A stretch of 26,424 nt of DNA from a virus (lineage: Duplodnaviria; Caudoviricetes): the IMG/VR virus record IMGVR_UViG_3300037515_000041, positions 1-26,424 of that record; one strand, 5' to 3'. The notes under the pieces are model-generated. The model saw only the letters and a list, made by a program, of their open reading frames with translations, made no database searches and was not told where the DNA came from. The position numbers were made by a program, and so were the translations under genes. This document shows, piece by piece, positions 1 to 9,358 of this stretch (the first letter of the stretch is position 1; every line of letters starts with the position of its first letter).

Positions 1-1459
1 TGCTACCCGCTGTCATATAGTCCATATGTCCTGCGGTCAGTCCCGTAGCATTCAATGCTATAACGTAATTACCGTCAGCGGTTGCGGCAGATGTCCCTAT
101 TACATTTCCCCCTGTAGCAGTTATTGCCCTACCCGTGCTAAATGTGGTAGCAGTAGCAGAATTGCCTGAACATGAGGCAGCTGTAGTCGAAGTAGCAGAG
201 TTGCCAGTGCAAGACCCAGAGCTACCAGTTACGTTACCAACTACATTACCAAGCAGATTATTTGCCACTTGGTGATAGACGCTTGTCTGTGAAAATGTTC
301 CTGTCGGAACTGTTGCAGTCCATTCGCTATCAGTTTCAAATACTGTGCTTAGTCCGTCAACACTATTTGTTACTTCGTACAACTCAAATGCGCCGAAATT
401 TGCATCCTTAGTCATCCATAACTCAATTGGGCCGCCTAACGTGTCATCTGGAGCAGTTATTTTAAATGAGGTACCTGAAACGTGAGTTGTAAATGTATTC
501 CCATATACAGCAATGGTTGTATCAGCAACATTAAGAACTCCTGAAGAAGAGGCGTACCTGAAAATAATCCTTGCAACACCCCTGCCAGATGCTCTTTTCC
601 CGGTAACCGAATACTCGACTACGCCCGATGTATTGTCATCAGTAGTAGGTGTTAGCGTGGCTAATTTACACCATGTGTTTGCACCTGATGCCGCATCATT
701 TGAGCTTATTGCGGTGGTTGCGTTTGGCGGTTTAGTTGGTGCTAACCAAGTACTCCAGCCTGCGTTGCCAGTAGTAGTGTACCGATACCACTTACTTCCA
801 GATGTAGTTGCTATAATCTCCTGTACTCTGTAATCAGCAGAAGCACTAGAGGAGATTGTTGTAGCTACTAAGAAGTCACCAGCAGTAAAATCTACTGGAC
901 CATTAGTTACTCCTGTAATGTCCCCTGAATATACACTAGTAACAGCTATAGTATCTAAATCACTAGCAAAAGCCAGTGTTCTACTAGTGCTAGTCAATCC
1001 AGCAATATGCTGATTAAATACTGCATCAACATAATCTTTACGTGTGAGGTCATTAGCAGCAACTGGGGTTATGCCTTTTAGTTGCCCAGTCATTGTATCA
1101 CCAGTACGTTGCACAGCGTCGGATGTTAGTTTAATCCAACGCCCAGCTAGTGCACCTACATCATCAGCCTCTACAACACTTAGATCGTCTGCTACATCTG
1201 TAGATGCAGCATCCCAATAGAATACACCTCCGTTACCGTCATTAATAGCAGTGGTGCCTTTTAAGTGCACCTCAAAGTATTGGTTATCTTCATCTATTGT
1301 AGGCAACGCTTTCAAGTCAACTAATAGATCAACAGGATGAATCTTAGCGATACGATCAATACTATATGAGGTACCATTACGAATTTGTGTAGCAGTACCA
1401 CGGCCAAATAACATATCTTGTATGCCAGCCAATGCTTTAGTTAGTGTGCGAATTGACAT
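1..1459 (-). CDS. Tail fibre / receptor-binding protein, C-terminus runs off the window (>486 aa)
   Basis: Not in the ORF track; translated by hand. The ATG at 1459 overlaps the upstream TAA (TAATG) and the frame is open to position 1. It begins MSIRTLTKALAGIQDMLFGRG and contains a tailspike-head motif (KGTTAINDGNGGVFYWD...GRWIKL), GDTMTG/DLTRKDYVD shaft motifs, a pyocin-knob-like segment (DLDTI...NGP...RVQE...KWYR...WSTW) and GNVVGNVTG/GNSATA trimer repeats. Confidence 0.88.
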   Translation of the reverse strand, partial: MSIRTLTKALAGIQDMLFGRGTATQIRNGTSYSIDRIAKIHPVDLLVDLKALPTIDEDNQYFEVHLKGTTAINDGNGGVFYWDAASTDVADDLSVVEADDVGALAGRWIKLTSDAVQRTGDTMTGQLKGITPVAANDLTRKDYVDAVFNQHIAGLTSTSRTLAFASDLDTIAVTSVYSGDITGVTNGPVDFTAGDFLVATTISSSASADYRVQEIIATTSGSKWYRYTTTGNAGWSTWLAPTKPPNATTAISSNDAASGANTWCKLATLTPTTDDNTSGVVEYSVTGKRASGRGVARIIFRYASSSGVLNVADTTIAVYGNTFTTHVSGTSFKITAPDDTLGGPIELWMTKDANFGAFELYEVTNSVDGLSTVFETDSEWTATVPTGTFSQTSVYHQVANNLLGNVVGNVTGSSGSCTGNSATSTTAASCSGNSATATTFSTGRAITATGGNVIGTSAATADGNYVIALNATGLTAGHMDYMTAGS

Positions 1460-1866
1460 TATTCAAAGTCCTCATCTATTACACGAGACTTAGCTCGTAT
1501 TGTTTTCTGTTGCTCTTTTTTATCAACGTGTCGTGATACGCCATAACCTATAGGAGCACCGAATAATAGGTACTGAATAGGCTCAGATAGCTCTATACCG
1601 TTCATCATACAGTAGGCACCAAATGCGGTCATACAAGCAGCACCTAACGGTCTAAACATAGGTATTACTATATCACGTAATGCCATTAGTACTTTTACTG
1701 CTGCATCTACTTTAGGTGTAGTTTGCGTAGTGAGTAGTATCTGGTCAAGTGCAAAGCGCAGTTTAGCTTCTTCAAACACTAGTTTAGCTTTTAGATCATC
1801 ATCTGTAACTAGCTCACTGAAAAAACTAAATACACTGGTTACTGCAGATTCGTAAGGCGCGCTCAT
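1459..1866 (-). CDS. Holin-like membrane protein (3TM / GTA-holin type)
   Basis: Hydrophobic segments after a FRP motif and a C-terminal GYGVSRHVDKK resemble the RP...GYxxxRxxEK pattern of 3TM holins. It lies in the lysis cluster. Confidence 0.65.
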   Translation of the reverse strand: MSAPYESAVTSVFSFFSELVTDDDLKAKLVFEEAKLRFALDQILLTTQTTPKVDAAVKVLMALRDIVIPMFRPLGAACMTAFGAYCMMNGIELSEPIQYLLFGAPIGYGVSRHVDKKEQQKTIRAKSRVIDEDFE

Positions 1867-1933
1867 TTTACATTTCCTGTAGTAGTGGTATTATTGGGTA
1901 ACTCCATCGCACTGTACCATGGAGCTGTCGTTA

Positions 1934-2092
1934 TTAAGCACAATACGTAATCGGGCAAGCTACAGTACTAAGGTTGTACCCTGCGGTATGCATTTGTACT
2001 GATACGCACTGCTCCTCAAGCTCAGGGGTGCCTCTAGACTTACCAGCGTCACAACCAACTAATAATAAAACTAATAAGATTATTCTGGCCAT
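1934..2092 (-). CDS. Small lipoprotein, 52 aa (spanin-like or other lysis/exclusion lipoprotein)
   Basis: Not in the ORF track. MARIILLVLLLVG-C-DAGKSRGTPELEEQCVSVQMHTAGYNLSTVACPITYCA has a basic N-terminus, hydrophobic core and LVGC lipobox. It overlaps the endolysin 3' end by 13 nt and ends TAATAA. Confidence 0.65.
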   Translation of the reverse strand: MARIILLVLLLVGCDAGKSRGTPELEEQCVSVQMHTAGYNLSTVACPITYCA

Positions 2093-2448
2093 TCGCCTGT
2101 CTCCTTCCATACTGCTTTGTGGGCTACAAATAGAGGGTCGTTCTTTGGGTCAAACTCTACGTGTAGGTGTTCATTTGGTGTATCTTTACTGTGTAGACCT
2201 AAGTCGTACTGCGGTAGTGCTGACTTAAGCTCTTCTATCATTTTGTTAAGGGTAGCATAGTCGACGAACTTAGTTCTATAGTCTAATGCCAACCCAATGT
2301 TATGAAAGCTAATTAAACCTTCATGTGAGTCGAAGCCTGAAGTTATAATACACTGATAGCCATACTTAGTATATATACCACGTATGATATTATCTGCTAG
2401 CAGTATCTCTGGCTTTAGGCCGTACAGTAGCACTGTGTTCTTTATCAT
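2080..2448 (-). CDS. Endolysin, peptidase M15 (Hedgehog/DD-peptidase fold) Zn peptidase
   Basis: ITSG...SFHNIGLALDYR (SxHxxGxAxD) and a downstream HLHVEFDPK Zn-ligand motif. ATGA overlap with the upstream gene. Confidence 0.85.
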   Translation of the reverse strand: MIKNTVLLYGLKPEILLADNIIRGIYTKYGYQCIITSGFDSHEGLISFHNIGLALDYRTKFVDYATLNKMIEELKSALPQYDLGLHSKDTPNEHLHVEFDPKNDPLFVAHKAVWKETGEWPE

Positions 2449-2864
2449 CGTTTCATGCCCTCTAGTGTTAGCTTTACTTCATGTAGCATTTGTATAACCT
2501 TTACATTAGAAAATTTGGAATCACTATCTTTATACATATAAGTGAGGTCAGTGACCATACGCACAAGCTTTTCCAACTCTTTAACCACCAGCTCTTCAGA
2601 CTCATCAAAATCAACCTGAGTGGACGCAATGTCTGACACCGTTTTTGCGACCTCTGTAATAATTTTAGCGAGCTCTCCAACTGTACTACAGAGTGACGTA
2701 AGTTGTTCGGTGTGTACGACGGTGTGTGCATTATGATGAATCTCCAGTTTAGGTTTAAGCTTAATGGTCTGTATTAGGCCAGTAAGGGTATGTAAAAATA
2801 TGGTCGCGGCTATCCAGGTTAATGGGTCATCAACTAACTTTGCCAGCTCGGTCGTGTCACTCAT
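2445..2864 (-). CDS. Single-TM, coiled-coil membrane protein (holin/antiholin or i-spanin-like)
   Basis: N-terminal hydrophobic helix (PLTWIAATIFLHTLTGLI) followed by heptad-like helices. AGGAG RBS; directly upstream of the endolysin. Confidence 0.45.
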   Translation of the reverse strand: MSDTTELAKLVDDPLTWIAATIFLHTLTGLIQTIKLKPKLEIHHNAHTVVHTEQLTSLCSTVGELAKIITEVAKTVSDIASTQVDFDESEELVVKELEKLVRMVTDLTYMYKDSDSKFSNVKVIQMLHEVKLTLEGMKR

Positions 2865-2872
2865 TATAACTC

Positions 2873-5800
2873 CTACTTAAATATTAGCACATCACTACCA
2901 GTAGTAACTCCGTAGAAGCCTCTATCTTTAAGTGTTTTAACAAACTCTGGGTCTTTTAGCAGTGCTTCAAAGTCCTCAGTCCCGGATATTTCTATTAGGT
3001 CGTCCTCTCCTGCTATACGACCAGGTAATACCTTTTCACTAGCTAACTTAGCACCAGTATCTGTAGCTCTACTCTTAGCTGCTGCTTTATCTGTAGACCA
3101 GTATATACCTTTACCTAGTTTGCCGTCTCGTGCTTGGTGCATAGAACCTGGTACGCCTGTGCGGAATACTTCAACCCTAGGGTACGATTCTTTTTCACCA
3201 AACTTAGCTGACTGAATAGCTAACTGACGTAAGCTCTCTTTCATCTTAGGGTCGTCTGGTAAGTCTTTTAGTAACTGATCAACTAGCTTAGCGTCTCGTG
3301 GAGTCTCTAGAATCTTACCGAGCCTACTGATTAATGCTATTGACTTACCTTGGTTAGTTGGAGCCAGCTTCCTAATCCAGTTAAACATACTACTAGCCAT
3401 CTCATACTTAGCACGTACGACAGGGTCAGTTGTTAAGTAAGACTGGAACTTAGGGCTAGCAACATTACCTGTAGCGCGTGATAAGTGCACATCATTCTTG
3501 TACACGTCGGCCATCTCATTAATCACTCGCTTCATGCTGCGAGCTTTATCGTCAGAGAAACCCATGTGCTTAAGGTCTGCAGCGATGCCTGGGAAGTCTA
3601 TAGCCTGTGCACCACCTGCATCACCTAAGGTACGCTTATCCAATAGCATATCTAACACTGCACCTTCAGTCTGCGCACGCACTTTAGGTGGTAGCTTACC
3701 AACAACCTCCATGAAAGTACCATCAATAGAGTCTACATTGTTTTTCAATGCGTTTATTACTTTCTTAGGGGTTACGCCTTTCTTAGTAAGCGTTTTATAC
3801 AGCACATTCTTTTCTAACTCTTTCATTTTGCCGTATTCTATATTAGCTTTCTTCCACTCTTTAAGCCATATATCACCAGCTTCCATGTGACTTGCAGCTT
3901 TACGTATCTCAGAGTCAATATTAACCCCTACTTGGTCTATAGCGTCACGTCCAGCAGCGTCACGAATCTTTGTATTGAACTTAAAGTCGTTGACAGTTAC
4001 ACGTAAGTCTAATAAGGCTTTGAAGTCACGTGGGCCATCTGGAGCGCCTATATCACGTATCTTTTGGCTAAGCTTAAGGAATCGCTCTTGTACGGCTGGA
4101 TTAGTTATAGTCTCGTCCATACTCTTTAGCAATGGTTTAATAGCTAACTTGTCGTAGTCAAATTTGTAAGCAGACTCAGCTAGCTCATTAGCACCAAGGT
4201 CTTTTATACCGCCGTAGTAAGCTTTAACAGTATCTTTATACTTGCCAAGCTCGTCATACAGTACTACACCAATGTTGTCATTAGTTAAGTCTCTAACGTT
4301 ACCAATTAAGTCCTTAGCACGCTTGTCTATTGACGTTTGTAGTGCAGTACTAGCGCGTGAATGCATGGCACCTGCAGGCCCTACAAAGGCTTCACCACCT
4401 GGTTGAGTTTGCATAACAGCTTGCATAGCTAAGTCACGCTTATCCATTTCAGGGTCTAGGTGTAAGAACTTTTGTACAGCGTTAGCTTCTGGTGCTTCAG
4501 CGTGTTTTTGCCATAGGTTAATAATCTCTTCAATCTGAACTTCATCAAGGTTCATGTGCTCTTTCATGATGTCATAAGCACCACGTTGGTTACCCTTCAT
4601 AACTAAGTCATAAGCCCAACCAACACCTTTACCACCAAGCCTAGCACCCTCAAATACTGCGCCACCAAGTAACTCGTATGTAGCACCACCAACTAATGAA
4701 TCCTTGAGGCGACGTTCGTAGTACTCATTCTTTAAGTGTTGTCTAGTAAACCAGGCATTCTTAACACCATCTAACTGACGACCACCTGCACCACCTACAA
4801 CGCTACCGGCAATCATAGCAATACCCTTAGCCCAACGACCAAAGAATGGAACTTCACCAGCTAACTTAAGAGCAGCAGCGCCACCACCAATAGCACCAAT
4901 CCATTCAGCTTCTGAAGCCTGTATCTCATCCCACATAGATGGGTCTATAGCCGTGACAGTACCGTCTGGGCGAGTCCACATTAGATCGCCAGTTTTCTCA
5001 TCAGGTGATACGTCGTAACCCATGTTACGTAGAACATTAGCTGTACTAGTTGTGATAGCTTTCTCACGGTCTGCATACTGTTGAGTAGCATTACCATTCT
5101 CGTCAATATACTTAGCTTTAATCTCACCAAAGAAAGGCATGTACTCATCAGTAACATTACGTGCTGCAGCCGCTGCCGTATTAAGTAACTGCTCTTGCAT
5201 TTCCCCACTGTACTGCTTAGGGTCTACTACATCAACAAGCTCACGACCGCCTTCAGGTACTGAGCCTTGCATTATAGTGCGTTCAGGGATAGTTAGCATA
5301 TCGCCAAACTCAGCACGTACTTCTTCAGGGCTGTAACCTTCAGCTATAAGTGCTTCCATCTCTGGCTGCAACTCATCATTAAGTATCTGGATAGCCTCTT
5401 CACGCGGTATACCAGCTTCGTTAATCATATAGTCAAGGTTGCCTTGAATCTCAACCTTGTAGTCAAACTCTTGCTCACCAGCTGTTGCATCTTCAGTACC
5501 AGTCATACCAGTCAAGGCTGCTGCACCACCTGCTGTATACAGTGTTAGCTTCTTCTTCCAGTCTTCACCTTCAGGTAGGATGATCTGGCCATAAGTAACA
5601 TCCATAGCAGGGTCTGACTTAGGCGCTTGTATAGGCTTGTACATCTTTTCTTGTAGTTCATTTAGCTCATTAATATGCCAGAATGAAACGTCATCTCTTT
5701 TCTCCCACAAGGCATTAGCAATATCAGCTAATGTTGGTTCTACATATACTTTGCTATTAGCTAAGCTATTGTGCGCATCTGTAAGTTGCGTTTTTAGCTG

Positions 5801-6964
5801 GTGAAGTTCCATTCCGTCGTAGTTATCGTAAGCATCTTGTACTGACCTTATGAAATCATTTTTACTTTTGCGTTGCTTGCCTAAAAGACCAGGCATTTCA
5901 ATTAGTCGTTTAGCTGGAGACAGCTTAGCAACCCATTCTCGCATCTGAGGTATAGTAGCACGTGTACGGTCGTTAGAATGATTAGCCCGGTTATACGCGG
6001 TAAGAACCTGGTTAAGTGGGTTGGACTCTAAAACTGGGTTTCCTATAGTAGCTGGTAGTCTGGCAGAAAATGATGCATCATCAGCAAGCAACGCAGCTAC
6101 TTCTTCAGGAGTGTCGATAGTAGCCTTAGGTTCAGCGTTATCTAGAATTTCAAAAGGTCTAGTGGATACTCGAACAGGATTGTACTCAACATACTCGCCC
6201 CCGATCTTCTTAGCGAGTTTTTTCATTGTTGAACGCACTTTAGTGCTATACCATTCTTTAACACCTTTGCTGCGGACTAAGCTGTCAGTACCTTTTCCTT
6301 CTAGTGGTACAGCTAAGGCTTTGGTGCCGGTTTCAGACGCGGTTAATAGTTCTTGCTCCAACGCTTTAGTAGACCAGTTTTCTTTAAATGGAGTATGCCC
6401 TGGAGCAGACATACCAGAATAGCCAATTTGACGGCCTCGCTGATGTAGGTCTGACTGTATCTCTTGTACGCGATGTGTAGGCACACCGTTGAGCTCTACT
6501 CGGTCTGCTCTAGTGTGCCACAAATAATCTTTAGCATTCCGTGTATCGAAATGGCTTATCACGTCACGTCTGGCAGGTACGTCTACATAGTCATCACGAT
6601 TTGTTCTAGGATCATAACGTAATTGCAGTTTAGTATCTGATGCTGATCTAAATTTCCTAATGCCAGTATTAAGTGAAGGTACATCAGTACCTTTTACTGT
6701 AGTGTCACTGTGAGTTGGGCCCAGGTCTGCATGACCAAAGAAATCATCTCGGTTAGCTTCCATAGCCTGTAGGTCTTGCTTACTTACTTTAGGTAGGCCT
6801 GACTTTAGCAGTTTTTCATTTGTGCCAGAGAACTCCAGTTCTTCATCTTTAACTTGCTTCTTTTTAAGGAAGTTAGGCACACTCTCTGCCTTCATGTTAA
6901 AATCATCTGGTAACTCATCTACTACGTCTTTCAGGACGGACCTTGGTAGTGGAGGCTTTGGCAT
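2873..6964 (-). CDS. Large multidomain internal virion / ejection (polyvalent-like) protein, 1363 aa
   Basis: N-terminal LKKKQVKDEELEF and VQEIQSDLHQRGR motifs typical of large podovirus ejection proteins, a Gly/Ala-rich membrane-like middle, a long helical region and a C-terminal ART-fold-like motif set. Confidence 0.7.
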   Translation of the reverse strand: MPKPPLPRSVLKDVVDELPDDFNMKAESVPNFLKKKQVKDEELEFSGTNEKLLKSGLPKVSKQDLQAMEANRDDFFGHADLGPTHSDTTVKGTDVPSLNTGIRKFRSASDTKLQLRYDPRTNRDDYVDVPARRDVISHFDTRNAKDYLWHTRADRVELNGVPTHRVQEIQSDLHQRGRQIGYSGMSAPGHTPFKENWSTKALEQELLTASETGTKALAVPLEGKGTDSLVRSKGVKEWYSTKVRSTMKKLAKKIGGEYVEYNPVRVSTRPFEILDNAEPKATIDTPEEVAALLADDASFSARLPATIGNPVLESNPLNQVLTAYNRANHSNDRTRATIPQMREWVAKLSPAKRLIEMPGLLGKQRKSKNDFIRSVQDAYDNYDGMELHQLKTQLTDAHNSLANSKVYVEPTLADIANALWEKRDDVSFWHINELNELQEKMYKPIQAPKSDPAMDVTYGQIILPEGEDWKKKLTLYTAGGAAALTGMTGTEDATAGEQEFDYKVEIQGNLDYMINEAGIPREEAIQILNDELQPEMEALIAEGYSPEEVRAEFGDMLTIPERTIMQGSVPEGGRELVDVVDPKQYSGEMQEQLLNTAAAAARNVTDEYMPFFGEIKAKYIDENGNATQQYADREKAITTSTANVLRNMGYDVSPDEKTGDLMWTRPDGTVTAIDPSMWDEIQASEAEWIGAIGGGAAALKLAGEVPFFGRWAKGIAMIAGSVVGGAGGRQLDGVKNAWFTRQHLKNEYYERRLKDSLVGGATYELLGGAVFEGARLGGKGVGWAYDLVMKGNQRGAYDIMKEHMNLDEVQIEEIINLWQKHAEAPEANAVQKFLHLDPEMDKRDLAMQAVMQTQPGGEAFVGPAGAMHSRASTALQTSIDKRAKDLIGNVRDLTNDNIGVVLYDELGKYKDTVKAYYGGIKDLGANELAESAYKFDYDKLAIKPLLKSMDETITNPAVQERFLKLSQKIRDIGAPDGPRDFKALLDLRVTVNDFKFNTKIRDAAGRDAIDQVGVNIDSEIRKAASHMEAGDIWLKEWKKANIEYGKMKELEKNVLYKTLTKKGVTPKKVINALKNNVDSIDGTFMEVVGKLPPKVRAQTEGAVLDMLLDKRTLGDAGGAQAIDFPGIAADLKHMGFSDDKARSMKRVINEMADVYKNDVHLSRATGNVASPKFQSYLTTDPVVRAKYEMASSMFNWIRKLAPTNQGKSIALISRLGKILETPRDAKLVDQLLKDLPDDPKMKESLRQLAIQSAKFGEKESYPRVEVFRTGVPGSMHQARDGKLGKGIYWSTDKAAAKSRATDTGAKLASEKVLPGRIAGEDDLIEISGTEDFEALLKDPEFVKTLKDRGFYGVTTGSDVLIFK

Positions 6965-6965
6965 A

Positions 6966-7493
6966 TTATTGGGCCTGTTTTTTGAATATGTTAGGAGTCT
7001 TAGTTTTAGACGCGTCTACTTCACTATCTAATACACCAGCTTGTGGCTTAAGTGAATTAGGCAGTTTTAAATCAGTTGCCTGGTGTGTCTTACCACTTGC
7101 TGTACTATCGTTACGAGCAGACTTGTTTACTGGCGTAGGCTTCTTCTTCAGTTTATTGATGCCTGCTTTTACAGTGTTAAGCACTTCACCACCAACTTCG
7201 TACTTCTTTTTAATAATCTTATCAGTAATAACGTATTCTTTAGTCGGTGCTACCTTAGCCTTTTCAGCAGGTTTCTGCTTTGCTTTCAATCGTTGTATCT
7301 TAGCCTTAAGCTCTGCTTTGGTCTTCTCATTAGTTGTCTTAACTAATAGACGCTCCATAGTGACTAGCTCTGACTTATCGGCCTCGGTGGCCTCTGCAGC
7401 ATTACGTTTACCCTTAGCGGCAGCACCCTTAGCTACTTTCTTCTTGAATATCTTATCAAGACCAGCACCTATGAATTTTCCTAAGTTTGGCAT
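6966..7493 (-). CDS. Highly basic Lys-rich protein, probable internal virion/DNA-binding protein
   Basis: 175 aa, very K/A-rich, TAATG-coupled to the portal gene and 1 nt from the next gene. Confidence 0.5.
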   Translation of the reverse strand: MPNLGKFIGAGLDKIFKKKVAKGAAAKGKRNAAEATEADKSELVTMERLLVKTTNEKTKAELKAKIQRLKAKQKPAEKAKVAPTKEYVITDKIIKKKYEVGGEVLNTVKAGINKLKKKPTPVNKSARNDSTASGKTHQATDLKLPNSLKPQAGVLDSEVDASKTKTPNIFKKQAQ

Positions 7494-9358
7494 TACCAGG
7501 CATCCTCATTTGTATTTTGTGGTAACTTCATTGACTGGCTAAGTGGTGCATTGTTACTACCGCCACCTGAGCCTGGGCCTTGTCCTTGTGCTATCATCTT
7601 AGCTTCTTCCTGTTGAGCAGGGTCACCGCCAAGCATCGCAGCAGTTTCAGCAAATATTTGTGCAATCTCTGGTGTGCTCTTAGTCTTCATAGACTTGATT
7701 GACATACCATAGATTTTAAAGTAGCCGGCTGGATTCACCTGGGACATTAGTTGCCCTGCCGGACCAGCCAATACCGTTTCCATTAACAGTTGATTCTTTT
7801 CATCTTCATCGTTGTAAGCATTAGCTTCTATTGCTATCTCAACGTCAGTGAACTGTATCTCAGTTTCTTCTTCAGGTATAGGAGCTATAACTAATTGCCC
7901 GTCCTCAACCATTGGCTTACCGGTCTCTGGGTCCATGATTTGCTCATACGCATACTCCATTATCGGTTGCTGCGTCTGAGGGTCTACCTGGCCTGTGAAT
8001 AACTGTACAGGCTTGTTAAGTTGCGCCCAGCGATCGCCATTAACTTCATCAGTTATTAGTATAGCTTGCTCAGCAGTGTAAAACTGTTTAACTAACTTAG
8101 CCATGTCACTACCCAACTGGCGGTAGAACTCTTCTATGCGGTTAGTTAAGTAGTTCAAAGCAATAACTGTTGCATTCTGTTGTAGCTTAACCTTACGGCC
8201 ACTGTCAGATGCAAATGCTTGACCTAGGAAGCTATCATTAATACTCAACACACGTTGAATACGATCAAATGCTTTATCTATGATAGTATACTGGTCAAGC
8301 ACTTCGCGAGACATCTCTTCAACTTTGATGCCAGCTAAGTCTCTAACTTCAATAACAGCGTTCACACGGTTAACAGCATCTGTGAAGTCATCAATATTTT
8401 CTACAGCGTCAGTCTCAACAAACACTTTCTGAGAGTTAGCTAACAGTTGGAACTTAATCAACGCCTGGTTAATAGCATGCTGTGACTCAATAACTTCGCG
8501 GAAGATGCCATAGTACTCAGTACGAGTTGAGCTGTGTAGTTTCTCAACGCGGTATGGGAATTTGACTTGCTTCTTAGTTATCTCTTTCTTATACAGTAGT
8601 ATCTCGCCACACCAATGACAAGACCAACGAGACTTATCAGCTAATTCTATAACTGTATGTACAACTAAGTAATTATTGTATATTCTGTATTTACCAGTGA
8701 ACTGGCCATTGTAAGCATACTCAAACTCAGCTTCATCAATATCTAAATGGTTATGATACTCATCAAGCAGCTCTAGTTTCTTCTTGCCATACAACTTCTC
8801 TACATCGTCCTCACTAACCCACTTAAAGCGGTGGAAGAACTTAGCATCTGAATAGTCGTCCTTAGTACTACTAGGGTCTAGTACACACTGGCTATCAGGG
8901 ATGTATTCTAACTCTATTTTATACAAAGGACGACCAAATTGGTCCTTCTCACCAGTACGCTTTACATCAACAAAGCATATTAGTAAGCCTGATATTAGCC
9001 CACCTAACTTAACCTTATCACCTTCAGTAATGAAGTTATTAGTGCGGAAGGAATAGTCTAGCACGTCATTAACTAACTGTGCATTTGCAATCTGTGTAAG
9101 CTTTGTTGGTCTAGCAATAGCAGTGTTTACCACTGTAGAGTAGTAACCAACAGCCATACGAGAAAACAACTTAATAACATTGAAGGTCTCAGCAGGCTGA
9201 CCACGTAATGCTAATTTATTAAGCTGCTCTGTAGTGTACTGGCGATTGTGGTACAAGTCCCATACTGCTAGTGCTTCAGTGCTAGAAGCCTCGTAAGCAT
9301 CATGGCCGATCTGAAACTTATCTTTACATAACTGTACAAGATCAATATCACTTATCAT
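7493..9358 (-). CDS. Portal protein (P22 gp1-like)
   Basis: 621 aa. DLYHNRQYT...LRGQPAETFNVIKLF N-terminal signature, LDPSS...SDAKF, YYGIFREVIESQHAIN, SG(R)...QQNA motifs and a Q/G-rich C-terminal tail. Confidence 0.88.
   Translation of the reverse strand: MISDIDLVQLCKDKFQIGHDAYEASSTEALAVWDLYHNRQYTTEQLNKLALRGQPAETFNVIKLFSRMAVGYYSTVVNTAIARPTKLTQIANAQLVNDVLDYSFRTNNFITEGDKVKLGGLISGLLICFVDVKRTGEKDQFGRPLYKIELEYIPDSQCVLDPSSTKDDYSDAKFFHRFKWVSEDDVEKLYGKKKLELLDEYHNHLDIDEAEFEYAYNGQFTGKYRIYNNYLVVHTVIELADKSRWSCHWCGEILLYKKEITKKQVKFPYRVEKLHSSTRTEYYGIFREVIESQHAINQALIKFQLLANSQKVFVETDAVENIDDFTDAVNRVNAVIEVRDLAGIKVEEMSREVLDQYTIIDKAFDRIQRVLSINDSFLGQAFASDSGRKVKLQQNATVIALNYLTNRIEEFYRQLGSDMAKLVKQFYTAEQAILITDEVNGDRWAQLNKPVQLFTGQVDPQTQQPIMEYAYEQIMDPETGKPMVEDGQLVIAPIPEEETEIQFTDVEIAIEANAYNDEDEKNQLLMETVLAGPAGQLMSQVNPAGYFKIYGMSIKSMKTKSTPEIAQIFAETAAMLGGDPAQQEEAKMIAQGQGPGSGGGSNNAPLSQSMKLPQNTNEDAW

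Noticed and set aside
1863-1960. Programmed frameshift extending the lipoprotein to the holin start
   Set aside because: An alternate frame does end in a TGA overlapping the holin ATG, but there is no slippery heptamer, the lipoprotein ends in a double stop, and short open frames are expected by chance.
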